A stretch of DNA of 64,000 nt from an uncultured Gemmatimonadaceae bacterium (GTDB lineage Bacteria > Gemmatimonadota > Gemmatimonadetes > Gemmatimonadales > Gemmatimonadaceae), in the NCBI GenBank assembly GCA_963740355.1, contig CAVUDW010000002.1, positions 416,001 to 480,000 on the forward strand, given 5' to 3'. The position numbers and the translations under genes are program-made. Positions 29,175 to 38,705 of the stretch are shown here, one piece after another. The notes below the pieces were generated by a model. The model made no database searches. It was not told where the DNA came from and saw nothing but the letters and a program-made list of their open reading frames with translations. Positions within the stretch are counted from its first letter, which is position 1, and each line of letters starts with the position of its first letter.

Positions 29175-30157
29175 CCGTTCTTGTTGCGCTCGAGTCGTGC
29201 AACCAGTGAGTCTACCGAGTTGAAGTAGACATTGTATCGCTTGATGGAGTGGGTGTTGAACGTGGAGTCGAACGGACTCACGCTTGGCCCACCTGCGACC
29301 TCCAGGATCGCGTCGTAGTTGTACTTCGTGACCACGCCGCTCTTCGGGTCCTTCCATTCGCCGCGCTGGGCCAGCGCGCGATTCTTCGGCCACACGCCGA
29401 GCGGCAGTGCGAAGGTGCGCACCTTGTAGCCCGGCACTGCCGAGTCGATCGCCAGCTGGCCACGGGCAATCTGTTCCTGCACGAAGGCGTCAGGATACTT
29501 CGACAGGTTGGCGTGCCAGAGGGTGTGATTGCACAACTCGAAGCCCTGATCGCGCAGGAATTGCATCTTCTGGAAGCGCCACTCGGACTTCTGCCCCTCG
29601 ATGCCCTTGTTGCCGAACAGGCTCCGGCCCGCTTCCGCACCACTCAGCGTGCAAAACGTCGCGCGCGGCTTCCAATCCGGATGCTTCCGCGAAAACGCCA
29701 GCCACATGCCCACGGCGCTTCGCGGGTCGATCTCCAGCTTGCCGTTGCGTTCGATGTAGCGGAATTGTGATGGCGATGCGTCATCGAAGGTGAAGACGAC
29801 CGGGCGCTTGCCGGCCGGCACGTCGATGCGCTTGTCGATCAGCTGCGCCACCGTGATGGGACGATAGTCGTGCGCGTACAACGTCTCGAGCGTCTGCTGG
29901 AAGCGCGCTTCGGTCACTGTCCACGCCGCGTCATGATCCGCCACGACGTGCACCATCAATACCGGTACCTTGCCCATGGACGCTGCCGACGCGGGCGTCA
30001 CGGCACCGAGCGTGGTGTCGACCACCAACGGTGTCGAGGCTGTCGTGTCGCCACCTGCAACCTGCGCACCGGCCGGCTTGCTCGACGTGTCAGGGGACGA
30101 GGAGCACGCTGCGAGGGTGGCGGCGGCAAGAACGACGATGGCGCGTGTAGCGGACAC
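29150..30157 (-). CDS. Polysaccharide deacetylase-family lipoprotein
   Basis: Lipobox LAAC; NodB motifs VPVLMVH, VFTFDDA, NHTLWH and FALPLG. Confidence 0.85.
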   Translation of the reverse strand: MSATRAIVVLAAATLAACSSSPDTSSKPAGAQVAGGDTTASTPLVVDTTLGAVTPASAASMGKVPVLMVHVVADHDAAWTVTEARFQQTLETLYAHDYRPITVAQLIDKRIDVPAGKRPVVFTFDDASPSQFRYIERNGKLEIDPRSAVGMWLAFSRKHPDWKPRATFCTLSGAEAGRSLFGNKGIEGQKSEWRFQKMQFLRDQGFELCNHTLWHANLSKYPDAFVQEQIARGQLAIDSAVPGYKVRTFALPLGVWPKNRALAQRGEWKDPKSGVVTKYNYDAILEVAGGPSVSPFDSTFNTHSIKRYNVYFNSVDSLVARLERNKNGYVVPASR

Positions 30158-30237
30158 TGGATCATCACGGTGAGAGCAGCGCACGGGCACCTCGGCGTGC
30201 CCGCGCTGCGTGAAAACTACACCGTGCTGAAACGCCG

Positions 30238-31539
30238 CTAGCCTCGACCCGACACGCCGCTCGCCGGCGTTCCCTGCAGCACACGCAACCAGTCGGCGGA
30301 TGTGCCGCTGTAGCCTGGAAACACGCGTGCGAGATCCTGTCCGCCGAGATGTGTGCCGACGATCTCACTGAACACGCTGCGGAAATCCGTGGTCAGTGCG
30401 AGGTCTCGTCCCTCGTTCAACTGCTCCGGAGCCAACCCCGGCCAGCGACCGTGCACGTCGCGTCCTTTCACGTCACCGCCGATCACGAACATCGAGCCGG
30501 CGTGGCCATGATCCGTACCACCATTGCCGTTCTCTCGCGCCGTGCGACCGAATTCGGTCATCGTGAGAATCACCACATCGCCCATCTTGTCGCCCAGATC
30601 AGCGACCAAAGCGGCCACGCCGTCGCCAAACTCCCGCAGTCGATTCGCCAGCTGGCCCGTCGCACCGCCCTGGTTCACATGGGTATCCCAGCCACCGATG
30701 TCGGCAAACGCGACCTCGAGCCCCACATCGGACTTCACCAGCTGCGCGATCTGCCGCAGCCGGCGTCCGAAATCGGTGACGGGATACTGCGCGCCGTTGG
30801 CGGGCGCGTACTGCTGCGGGTTGGCCGCCTTGAGCATCTTCACCGCCTCGAACGTGTCGCTGCCGGTGGCGTGGATGACATCCGCGCGACCGGTGCGATA
30901 GAGCGCTTCCAGCCGATCCGACTGCGAACCGGTCGCGCGCACGGTGAACTCCTCGAGGGAGTTCATCGCCACCACCGGACTCGGTCCTTCGAGAATCCGC
31001 GGCATCTGCGCGGTGAGCGACACGGCCTTGAACGGCTTCGGGGCGCAGGTCGCACCAGCCTCGCAGGTCCCCGAGACGGCCAGATACCGGTTCAGCCAGC
31101 CATCGGTGGTGCCTTTGCGATCGGGCGTCCCGCTTTCCATGTAATCCTGCGCGTCGAAGTGCGAGCGCGTGTTGCTTGGGCTCCCCACCGCCACGATCGG
31201 CGACAGCATGCCGCGATCATACAGAGGCTTCAGCGACCGAAGTGCGGGGTGCAGCCCGAAGGTGCCATCGAGATCGAGGGCGCCGGTGGCTCCAGCCGCC
31301 AACGACGGCCGCGCAATCGCAATGTTCGGACGCAGTCGGTAATACGAGGGGTCGCCGTGGGGCACGACGACGTTCAACGCATCCGCCGCTCCGCGCTGGA
31401 AGATGCAGATCAGCACCTTGCCCTTGGCCGCCCTCGGCAGCGTCATCCCGAATGTCGTGCGGCGCAGGAACGACGGGTTCAACCCCATCGTCACCAGTGC
31501 CATCGCTCCCGACTTCATGAACACCCGACGGTCCATCAC
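30238..31539 (-). CDS. DUF1501-family Tat-exported protein
   Basis: Twin-arginine DRRVFMK; RGAADALN, RSHFDAQ, GGWDTH, TEFGRT and GTDHG motifs. Confidence 0.9.
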   Translation of the reverse strand: MMDRRVFMKSGAMALVTMGLNPSFLRRTTFGMTLPRAAKGKVLICIFQRGAADALNVVVPHGDPSYYRLRPNIAIARPSLAAGATGALDLDGTFGLHPALRSLKPLYDRGMLSPIVAVGSPSNTRSHFDAQDYMESGTPDRKGTTDGWLNRYLAVSGTCEAGATCAPKPFKAVSLTAQMPRILEGPSPVVAMNSLEEFTVRATGSQSDRLEALYRTGRADVIHATGSDTFEAVKMLKAANPQQYAPANGAQYPVTDFGRRLRQIAQLVKSDVGLEVAFADIGGWDTHVNQGGATGQLANRLREFGDGVAALVADLGDKMGDVVILTMTEFGRTARENGNGGTDHGHAGSMFVIGGDVKGRDVHGRWPGLAPEQLNEGRDLALTTDFRSVFSEIVGTHLGGQDLARVFPGYSGTSADWLRVLQGTPASGVSGRG

Positions 31540-31583
31540 TGCTCCTGCGAAAGAAGAACCCGCGCGATGGCGCAGGCACGACG

Positions 31584-33542
31584 CTAGCGACGCTGAAATT
31601 CCGGCGAGCCAATCGCCAATCCGATGATCTGGGCCAGCCCCTGCGGTGATCCACTGCCGTTGAACCGCACGCCAGGGCCCATGCCACGCGCCAGGCGCGT
31701 GCCGCGATCGGTGCTGATCGCCGTTCCATTCTGCCCGGCACGAGCCATCGCGCCGCCACGCTCATCGCGATTCGCGCCACCCGCCATCGGAGACCCGGGT
31801 GTCGCCATTGGTGCAGTCGTGGAATCAGGCAGTGCCGCCTGTGCCTTGGCCTGCTCCAGCATCGGATGGTCGCCACTGAGCAGGATCGATCGCATGTCCA
31901 CGCTCACGGCACCACCCAGCAGCGCGCGCACCACACCATCCACCTGCTGCTCGCGTGGCATCGTGTCGAGGCTCGCAAAGAGTGGCCACCGGCGCACCGT
32001 CACCCCAGGCACGCTGCCGCTCGCCAGCGCCATGCCGAAGTTGATGCGATTGAGGATCGCGCCGGTGTTGATCCAGCCGTCACCCGTTTCTGGCCACCCG
32101 TTCGGTGCCTGGTGCTGGTAGATCCCCTGACCCAGCCGTGCCACGATGGCCGCGGATCGTGGCGTCGTATCGATCATGGCATCCATCGCGCGCAGCGCGC
32201 TCACGACGACTTCGAATGGAGACTTCACCTTCGCGCGCCATGCCGCGGCCGAGAAGAACTCCTCACTGGTGACGATCGTCCGCACGACCTCGCGCAGGTC
32301 ACCGTCCGTGCGACGGAAGGTCGCGGCCGCCCGCGCCACCAATGCCGCAGGCGGTGTATCGCTCACGAAGCGCTGGGCCAGCTTGGTCGCGATGAACTTC
32401 GCGGTCGACGGGTGGCGCGCCAGCAGGTCGAGCAGGCGCTCACCCTCGGCCTCGCCCTGGCCCGCTGGAAAGACGGTACCCAGCACCATCTTCGCTCCTG
32501 CATCGTGCACCAGCGGATTGAAGCGAAACGCGGCGGACTCGTTGGGCTTCTCGATGCTCCAGCCGGTCAGCACCCGTGCCGCTTCCGTCACGTCCGACTG
32601 CGTGTAGCCGCCGTCCACGCCCAGCGTGTGCAGTTCCATCAGTTCACGGGCGTAGTTCTCGTTCAGCCCGCGACGTCGCTGCTGCACCCGTGCCAGCACC
32701 GTGTCCCGTTGATTCGGTGACATCCGTTGCATCGCTGGCGACCGCTGCACGTATCGGCGCTGTGCGGCACGCGCGACGCGCTGCGGCACCAGCGTGGGTC
32801 GCGTGCTGTCGGCCGCACTCTGCCAGTTGTCCAGGTAGTACAGCATGGCAGGGCTGTGAGCCACGGCGCCCAGCAGCACCCGAAACTTGCCCAGCACGTG
32901 CGGACGAATGGCGTCTCGCTCGTACGACACGAGATAGTGGCGCATGCCGGCGCTCTTGCCGGCGAAGACATTGAAATGATTGAGCCAGAAATCGGTGAGT
33001 ACCTCATCCAGCTGGCGTTCGCTCAGTACGGCGCGGGCAACGCGTGACGACACCAGTTCCTGGCCGACGACCTGTGCGCGGCGGCGCGCCGCCACGAACT
33101 GCATGGAATCCTCTCGTGATACCTGCATCGAGTCGCGCGGCATGCCGGCCATCGCCTGGCGTGCCAGCCGTCGCAGCACCGGATTTGGCGGATACTCGTC
33201 GAGCAGTGCCGGCAGCGACAGACGCAGCGTCCTGTACTGTGCGATGACAGAATCACCGGCCGCATCGGCAACGCGCGCTGGCTCCAGTTGTGCCGCAATC
33301 CACCGATCGACGCCAAGCTCTCGCACAGCTTGCACATCGCCCGGTCGCGCACCGAAGGCGAGTCGGTTGAGTGCGTGCAGGACCTGCTGGTCTGCCGTCT
33401 GCTCCCGCGACGCGATACTCGCCGCGTCCGGCACCGGCAGGCCGCGGGTGTTCACGCCGTCACGCGCACCAGGCGTTCCGCTGCTCGCACAGGCTGTCAC
33501 ACCAACAAGCAGGACGTACAGCGCAGTTCGGCTCGAACCCAC
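31584..33542 (-). CDS. DUF1800-family lipoprotein
   Basis: LNRLAFG, DFWLNHFNV, PAMLYYLDN, NENYARELMELHTLG and KVKSPFE motifs; GGAG SD before GTG 33542; lipobox VTAC. Confidence 0.9.
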   Translation of the reverse strand: MGSSRTALYVLLVGVTACASSGTPGARDGVNTRGLPVPDAASIASREQTADQQVLHALNRLAFGARPGDVQAVRELGVDRWIAAQLEPARVADAAGDSVIAQYRTLRLSLPALLDEYPPNPVLRRLARQAMAGMPRDSMQVSREDSMQFVAARRRAQVVGQELVSSRVARAVLSERQLDEVLTDFWLNHFNVFAGKSAGMRHYLVSYERDAIRPHVLGKFRVLLGAVAHSPAMLYYLDNWQSAADSTRPTLVPQRVARAAQRRYVQRSPAMQRMSPNQRDTVLARVQQRRRGLNENYARELMELHTLGVDGGYTQSDVTEAARVLTGWSIEKPNESAAFRFNPLVHDAGAKMVLGTVFPAGQGEAEGERLLDLLARHPSTAKFIATKLAQRFVSDTPPAALVARAAATFRRTDGDLREVVRTIVTSEEFFSAAAWRAKVKSPFEVVVSALRAMDAMIDTTPRSAAIVARLGQGIYQHQAPNGWPETGDGWINTGAILNRINFGMALASGSVPGVTVRRWPLFASLDTMPREQQVDGVVRALLGGAVSVDMRSILLSGDHPMLEQAKAQAALPDSTTAPMATPGSPMAGGANRDERGGAMARAGQNGTAISTDRGTRLARGMGPGVRFNGSGSPQGLAQIIGLAIGSPEFQRR

Positions 33543-33759
33543 AGGCAACTCCGGGAAGAAAGGCTTCGCTGCGCTGACGTCGCCGCCGCAGGCCGCGTTA
33601 AGGACCAGGCAGGAGTCCGTGACAATCGCACAGGCCACGGCGTCTGCAACCTGATGTCCCCGGCGCTGTCTGCACGCCGACTTTCGCCTTAGTATCCTCA
33701 ACATCGAGCATGTTCCAGCGCAGCGCCGCCCGGACATCAGTCCCGCGACACCAGAGCCC

Positions 33760-36700
33760 TTGCTGAACGAACAGCCTGTCGACGACCTGACCGGACTGCC
33801 CTTGCGCGGCGCGTTCGTCGCTGCCGCGGCCGATGCCATCGCCAATGCGCGTGCTGCACAGGGTGAGTGTGCGCTGCTCGTCATCGATGTCGACCAGTTC
33901 AAGCTCGTCAACGACACCTACGGTCACCTGAAGGGCGACGCGGTGCTCGTACTCGTCGGTGAGCTCCTCCGCCGCACCCTGCGGGCAGGGGATCTGGCGG
34001 CACGCTGGGGTGGCGACGAGTTCGTGGCGCTGCTGCCAGGTGCCCCCATCTCGCGCGCCCGCGATGTCGCCGAGCGGCTCGGAGCGGCGATCCGTGGCCA
34101 TGGTGGCCTGAGCGAAGCCGGTGCTCCGCCACTGTCGATCTCCGTCAGCATCGGCGTCGCATCATTCCCAGCCCACGGCAACGACCCCGAGGCGCTGTTT
34201 GCGGCCGCCGATCGTGCGATGTATCAGGTCAAGCGTCGCGGCCGCGATGGCGTCGCTGTCTCCGGTGGAGCGCACGGCGCTGCGATGATGCCAGCGCTCG
34301 ACCGTTTCGTCGGTCGGAGCGAGGAACTGCGTGGCCTCGTCCGATTGCTCGACGAAGCCTCCCGGGGCCATCCGCACACCGTTGCCGTGCTCGGCGAGGC
34401 AGGTGTCGGCAAGACCACCCTTCTGCGCCAGCTCGAGCCGGAGATTCGCCTGCGTGGCGGCTCGATGGTCGTTGGTCGCGCGCTGGATGCTGTGATGGTG
34501 CAGCCGCCCTATGCGCCATGGATCGAGATCGTCGAGGCGCTGGAACGACAGAAGTTGCAGCCGTCGGACCCGCGGACGCACACGGCGCCAGCACCGGATA
34601 CGTCGCTGCAGACGACCTCGCCGACTCCCGGCGGCACGCCCAGCGCGGCCTCGCTCGCCACGCTCTTCGCCGACGGCGGTGTGTCGCCACTGGGCATGCG
34701 CATCCCGACCACGCCGGCGCAGAACCGTGCCATGCCGACCGAGGGGGCACGCTGGCCGGAGCTCTCGCGCATCGTGCCGGCGCTGGCCACGAGCACCAGC
34801 GGCGCACCCATGCCGACCGGCAGCAAGTTCGCGTTGCTCGTCGAATTGGCGAACTACATCACCGAAGCCGCGATGCGCCGACCGCTCGTCATCGTGCTCG
34901 ATGACATGCAGTGCGCCGACGCCGCCACCTGGGACGCCCTCGAACACGTCGTCACGCAACTCGAAAACGAGCCGGTGCTGCTCTGCCTCACGCTCCGCAT
35001 GGAGGATGTCACCCCCGACATCCATGAGCGGATGCGCAAGCTGGTGCACAACCGCCGGATTCATGAGCAAGCACTCGCGCGCCTGACGCGGGACGAACTG
35101 CGACGCTGGGTCGACACCGCCTTCTACGGCCAGGAGATCGAGCGCGAATTCCTCGCCTATCTCTATCGGCAGACGGAGGGGAACCCGCTGCTCGTGGTCC
35201 AGACGCTGCGGACGCTGGTGGACGAAGGCGACATCTGGTGGGAGAAGGATCGCTGGCACTGGCACCCGGTGTCTGAGCTGCGTCTCCCCAATGGCGTGCT
35301 CGACCTGATGGGCCGTCGCCTCGCCAAGCTGAGCGCTGCCGATCGTGATGTGCTCACCGTCGCGGCGGTCATCGGGCGCGAATTCGACCTCGGTGTGCTG
35401 CAGGATGCCGCGCGTGTCACCACGCAGGCGCTGCACGATGCGATCGAAAGCGGGGTCCGCGCCAGCGTGATTCAACCGGCGCATGGTCGTGGCAGTGACC
35501 GATATGTCTTCGTGCATACGCTCCTGATCGAGGCCCTCTGTAAACCGCTCGATGCGCGACGGATGCAGCGCACCCACGATCGTGTCGCACAGGCGCTCCG
35601 CAAACGCATGCCCGACGCGGTCGCAGAAATCGCGATGCACTTCGATCGGGCCGACGATGCCGTGCAGGCGCACGCCTTTGCGCTCGCGGCCAGCGAGCGG
35701 GCGCGACGCGTCTACGCCCACGAGGAAGCCGAGGAGTTCCTGCGGATCGCCGAGCGCCACGCGCCCGACCCGGCCGCCGTCGCGGCGGTGCGCATCGCGA
35801 TGGCGGAAGTCGCGGAACTCCGTGGACGCTACGCCGAGGCCGAAGAGACCTGCGCGCTGGCGCTCGACTGGTACGCGGCACGCGCCGATCATCGCCAGAC
35901 GCTTCGCCTTCGCCGCATGCGTGAACGGCTGCGCGCCTTGCTCGGTGAGCCGGCAAAGGTCACGCTGCAGGCCTGTGAACAGCTGGTCACCGATGCCGCA
36001 GAGCTGGGCGCTGATGACGAGCGCGTTGCGCTGCTTGGGATGCTGGCCGCCACACATCTGCGACTCGGCGAACGCGCAGCGGCAGTCACGACGGCCCGCG
36101 AAGCGGTGATGCTGGCCGGCAATCTCGGCGATGATTCGCTGCTGGCCGAGGCGCTGGTGCGGCTCGGCATCGCGCTCGATGCCGATGACTCCGGCGAGGC
36201 TGAAACGAGCTATCGCCGCGCGCTCGCGCTCTACGAACACCTGCAGGATGCACGCGGTCAGGCGCGCTGCTGGGATCGCATTGGCGTGGTGGCTGCGCAA
36301 CGTGCCCAATGGAATGAGGCACGGACGGCGCTGCGGCGCGCCATCGACCTCGGACGCACGGCTGGTACACCCGACGAGTGGGGGTTGGCGGCGCTCGACC
36401 TTGGTGTGGTGGCTCGCCGCACCGGCGACCTCGAGCAGGCGCGTGAATTATTCGGCGATGCGCTGGCGCTGTTTGCGGCGGTGCAGAACAGTGAGCGCCA
36501 GCTCCTCGCGCTCTATCATCTGGCGCATCTCGACCGCGAGCGCGGCGAGTTAGCCGCCGCCGCCGATCTCTACGATGTGGCGGCGTCGTTGGCAGAGCGT
36601 GTTGGACAGCACGACGTGGAAGTTGGCGCGGTGTCTGGCGCCGGCCTCTGCCGCTTGCGCCTCGGCGAACGTAACCGCGCCCAGCAGTGCCTGGCGAAAG

Positions 36701-37002
36701 CGGAGTCGCTGGTCGCCGGCCGCGACGGGTGGTTCCCCGGTCGCGAACTGCAGGATGCGCTAGCCGTCGAACTGCTCGCGGCGATCGGTGATGGCAGCGC
36801 GGCGGCTGCTCGACTCACGGAAGCATGGCATCGCGCGAAGGTCGTCGACGCCTGGGCCGCGAACTGGTTGCTGGCGGAGGTGACGCCGACGCTCAATCGT
36901 CTCGCGCCCGCGGTGCTGGCACGGTTGCGCAGCGAAAGCGAAGGCGGCGCGAGCGATGATCTGCCCCGCGCCGCCATCGATGCCATGAAACCGTACGAGT
37001 GA
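33760..37002 (+). CDS. Diguanylate cyclase-STAND (AAA_16-type) ATPase-TPR fusion protein
   Basis: DVDQFKLVNDTYGH..GD, RAGD I-site, RWGGDEF; FVGRSEEL, Walker A GEAGVGKT, Walker B IVLDDMQCAD, GNPL; C-terminal TPR-like helices. Confidence 0.9.
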   Translation: MLNEQPVDDLTGLPLRGAFVAAAADAIANARAAQGECALLVIDVDQFKLVNDTYGHLKGDAVLVLVGELLRRTLRAGDLAARWGGDEFVALLPGAPISRARDVAERLGAAIRGHGGLSEAGAPPLSISVSIGVASFPAHGNDPEALFAAADRAMYQVKRRGRDGVAVSGGAHGAAMMPALDRFVGRSEELRGLVRLLDEASRGHPHTVAVLGEAGVGKTTLLRQLEPEIRLRGGSMVVGRALDAVMVQPPYAPWIEIVEALERQKLQPSDPRTHTAPAPDTSLQTTSPTPGGTPSAASLATLFADGGVSPLGMRIPTTPAQNRAMPTEGARWPELSRIVPALATSTSGAPMPTGSKFALLVELANYITEAAMRRPLVIVLDDMQCADAATWDALEHVVTQLENEPVLLCLTLRMEDVTPDIHERMRKLVHNRRIHEQALARLTRDELRRWVDTAFYGQEIEREFLAYLYRQTEGNPLLVVQTLRTLVDEGDIWWEKDRWHWHPVSELRLPNGVLDLMGRRLAKLSAADRDVLTVAAVIGREFDLGVLQDAARVTTQALHDAIESGVRASVIQPAHGRGSDRYVFVHTLLIEALCKPLDARRMQRTHDRVAQALRKRMPDAVAEIAMHFDRADDAVQAHAFALAASERARRVYAHEEAEEFLRIAERHAPDPAAVAAVRIAMAEVAELRGRYAEAEETCALALDWYAARADHRQTLRLRRMRERLRALLGEPAKVTLQACEQLVTDAAELGADDERVALLGMLAATHLRLGERAAAVTTAREAVMLAGNLGDDSLLAEALVRLGIALDADDSGEAETSYRRALALYEHLQDARGQARCWDRIGVVAAQRAQWNEARTALRRAIDLGRTAGTPDEWGLAALDLGVVARRTGDLEQARELFGDALALFAAVQNSERQLLALYHLAHLDRERGELAAAADLYDVAASLAERVGQHDVEVGAVSGAGLCRLRLGERNRAQQCLAKAESLVAGRDGWFPGRELQDALAVELLAAIGDGSAAAARLTEAWHRAKVVDAWAANWLLAEVTPTLNRLAPAVLARLRSESEGGASDDLPRAAIDAMKPYE

Positions 37003-37040
37003 TGCCGCGCTGACGCGTCGCGAACGAACTCGCTGCGTGC

Positions 37041-37745
37041 TCAGGCGCGCAGCATGTACCCGGTGCCGCGCACCGTATGCAGCAGCTGCGGACCGTCCGC
37101 GCCATCGATCTTCTTGCGCAGGTAGTTGATGTACACGTCCACGATGTTGGTTGACGGGTCGAACTCCGTCTTCCACACATGCTCCGCGATCTGCTCGCGC
37201 GTGACTGCGCGACCCGCGTGCTTCATCAGGTACTCGAGCAGCGCATATTCCTTCTGCGTCAACGAGATCTGCGCACCATCGCGTGTCACTTCGCGTGACA
37301 CCGTGTCGAGCTGCAGCGTGCCGACGCGCAACAGCAACTCCTCGTCGCGCAGTGTCGAGCGCCGGAGCAGTGCGCGGACTCGCGCGACCAGTTCGTCGAC
37401 ATCGAACGGCTTCACGAGGTAGTCGTCGGCACCGGCGTCGAGGCCCGCCACACGATCACCGATCGTGACCCGGGCCGTGAGCATCAGTACCGGCGCACGG
37501 AACCCTCGTTCTCGCAGTTCACGCGCGACGTCGAGACCGTTCGCCTTTGGGAGCCCAATGTCAAGAATGAGCAGGTCGGGCGCCTGGTCGATCGCGATCG
37601 CCAGACCGGACTCGCCGTCCTGTGCGGTGAGCACGTCGTAGCCGCTCTCTGTGAGCGTGCGTGAAACAACTTCGAGTACTTCCGCCCGATCCTCGACCAC
37701 GAGCACCGTCGCTCGTGTCCGCTCCGTCGTCGTCGTCGTTGTCAT
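37041..37745 (-). CDS. OmpR/PhoB-family response regulator
   Basis: LVVED, ILDIGLP, MLTAR, GADDYLVKPF, NIVDVYINYLRKKID and TVRGTGY motifs. Confidence 0.95.
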   Translation of the reverse strand: MTTTTTTERTRATVLVVEDRAEVLEVVSRTLTESGYDVLTAQDGESGLAIAIDQAPDLLILDIGLPKANGLDVARELRERGFRAPVLMLTARVTIGDRVAGLDAGADDYLVKPFDVDELVARVRALLRRSTLRDEELLLRVGTLQLDTVSREVTRDGAQISLTQKEYALLEYLMKHAGRAVTREQIAEHVWKTEFDPSTNIVDVYINYLRKKIDGADGPQLLHTVRGTGYMLRA

Positions 37746-38049
37746 GTCAGGCAAAGTAGGGCTCGTCGCGCCGTCGGCAAGTCGTGACAGAAGTCATGAA
37801 TTAACGCTAACCGCAAAACGGTGTTCCCCCGAATGTGACGAGATGATGTCAGTCGGTCGATTCCTCTGGTGACGCGATCAATCCGGATGCAGTATCCGAG
37901 ATGGTACGACGCTTGCGGGCGTCAGGCCGGTGGGAACAGCGGGGTCCGGGGGTGCGCTACGCTATCAGGGATGGCCGGACTCGAAGGGTGTTCCCGTTGG
38001 CGCGGAATTGGCCGCACCAAAGCCGTGTTGATCACGGGGAGGGGTGTCG

Positions 38050-38532
38050 ATGATTGATGTGTTCGTTCGGATGGCTGCGACGCCGGTATTGGCTGGCGTG
38101 GTGGCTGAATCGGTGCGGTGGGGTGCCGGCGCGGATCCGGCAGCACCACGGCATCAGGTCGTGACACTCTTCGGCGACCCCTCGGTCACGCATCTCGCCT
38201 GGGCACTGGCGGCATCGAATCGCGGATTGCCAGACGCCGTATGGCGAATTGCCGAGGATGGCAGCGCGGCCGCGGCGGAGTTGTCGGTCGCGACGACCGT
38301 GTTGAATGAAGACGCGGCGGTGTTGCTCAGCAACAATGGGCCACAGCTGCGGACGGCCATTGCGCACCTGCTCAATGTGCGTGGCCAGGAAGAACACAGC
38401 GCGGCGATCCGCGTTGCGATCAAGCAGTGGGCATTCGGCGATCTCGACGGCGACGCCATGCTGGCGGCGCTCCGTGAAGCGGAAGGCAACTGCAGCGACG
38501 TCGAACCGTTGGAGGATGACCTCGCAGCCTGA
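38050..38532 (+). CDS. Hypothetical protein
   Basis: Strong SD GGGGAGGGG upstream of ATG 38050; followed by a hairpin; no recognisable motif. Confidence 0.6.
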   Translation: MIDVFVRMAATPVLAGVVAESVRWGAGADPAAPRHQVVTLFGDPSVTHLAWALAASNRGLPDAVWRIAEDGSAAAAELSVATTVLNEDAAVLLSNNGPQLRTAIAHLLNVRGQEEHSAAIRVAIKQWAFGDLDGDAMLAALREAEGNCSDVEPLEDDLAA

Positions 38533-38621
38533 TCAGTCAGTGACGTCTGGTTGATATATCAACGGTGCATCGTTGGTGATCACGGACCCAGTACCGGCCG
38601 TGCAGGAGTGGTGGAAAGACA

Positions 38622-38660
38622 CGATGGGCCCGCCGATGACTCTCATCGGCGGGCCCATCG
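38622..38660. terminator. 18-bp perfect hairpin between convergent genes
   Basis: CGATGGGCCCGCCGATGA-ctc-TCATCGGCGGGCCCATCG. Confidence 0.75.
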
Positions 38661-38705
38661 GCCATTCCATCGCATCCGGTCTGCTTTCCCCGACGTCGCT
38701 CCCGA

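Noticed and set aside
33543..33917. N-terminal extension of the DUF1800 ORF
   Set aside because: Overlaps the divergent GGDEF gene; SD and lipobox support GTG 33542
34162..36309. 715-aa minus-strand ORF
   Set aside because: Antisense to the GGDEF-STAND gene, with no motifs
37770..37860. c-di-GMP-I riboswitch (GGCAA...hairpin...CGCAAA)
   Set aside because: No GNRA loop and the spacing between elements does not fit; an Infernal scan would settle it
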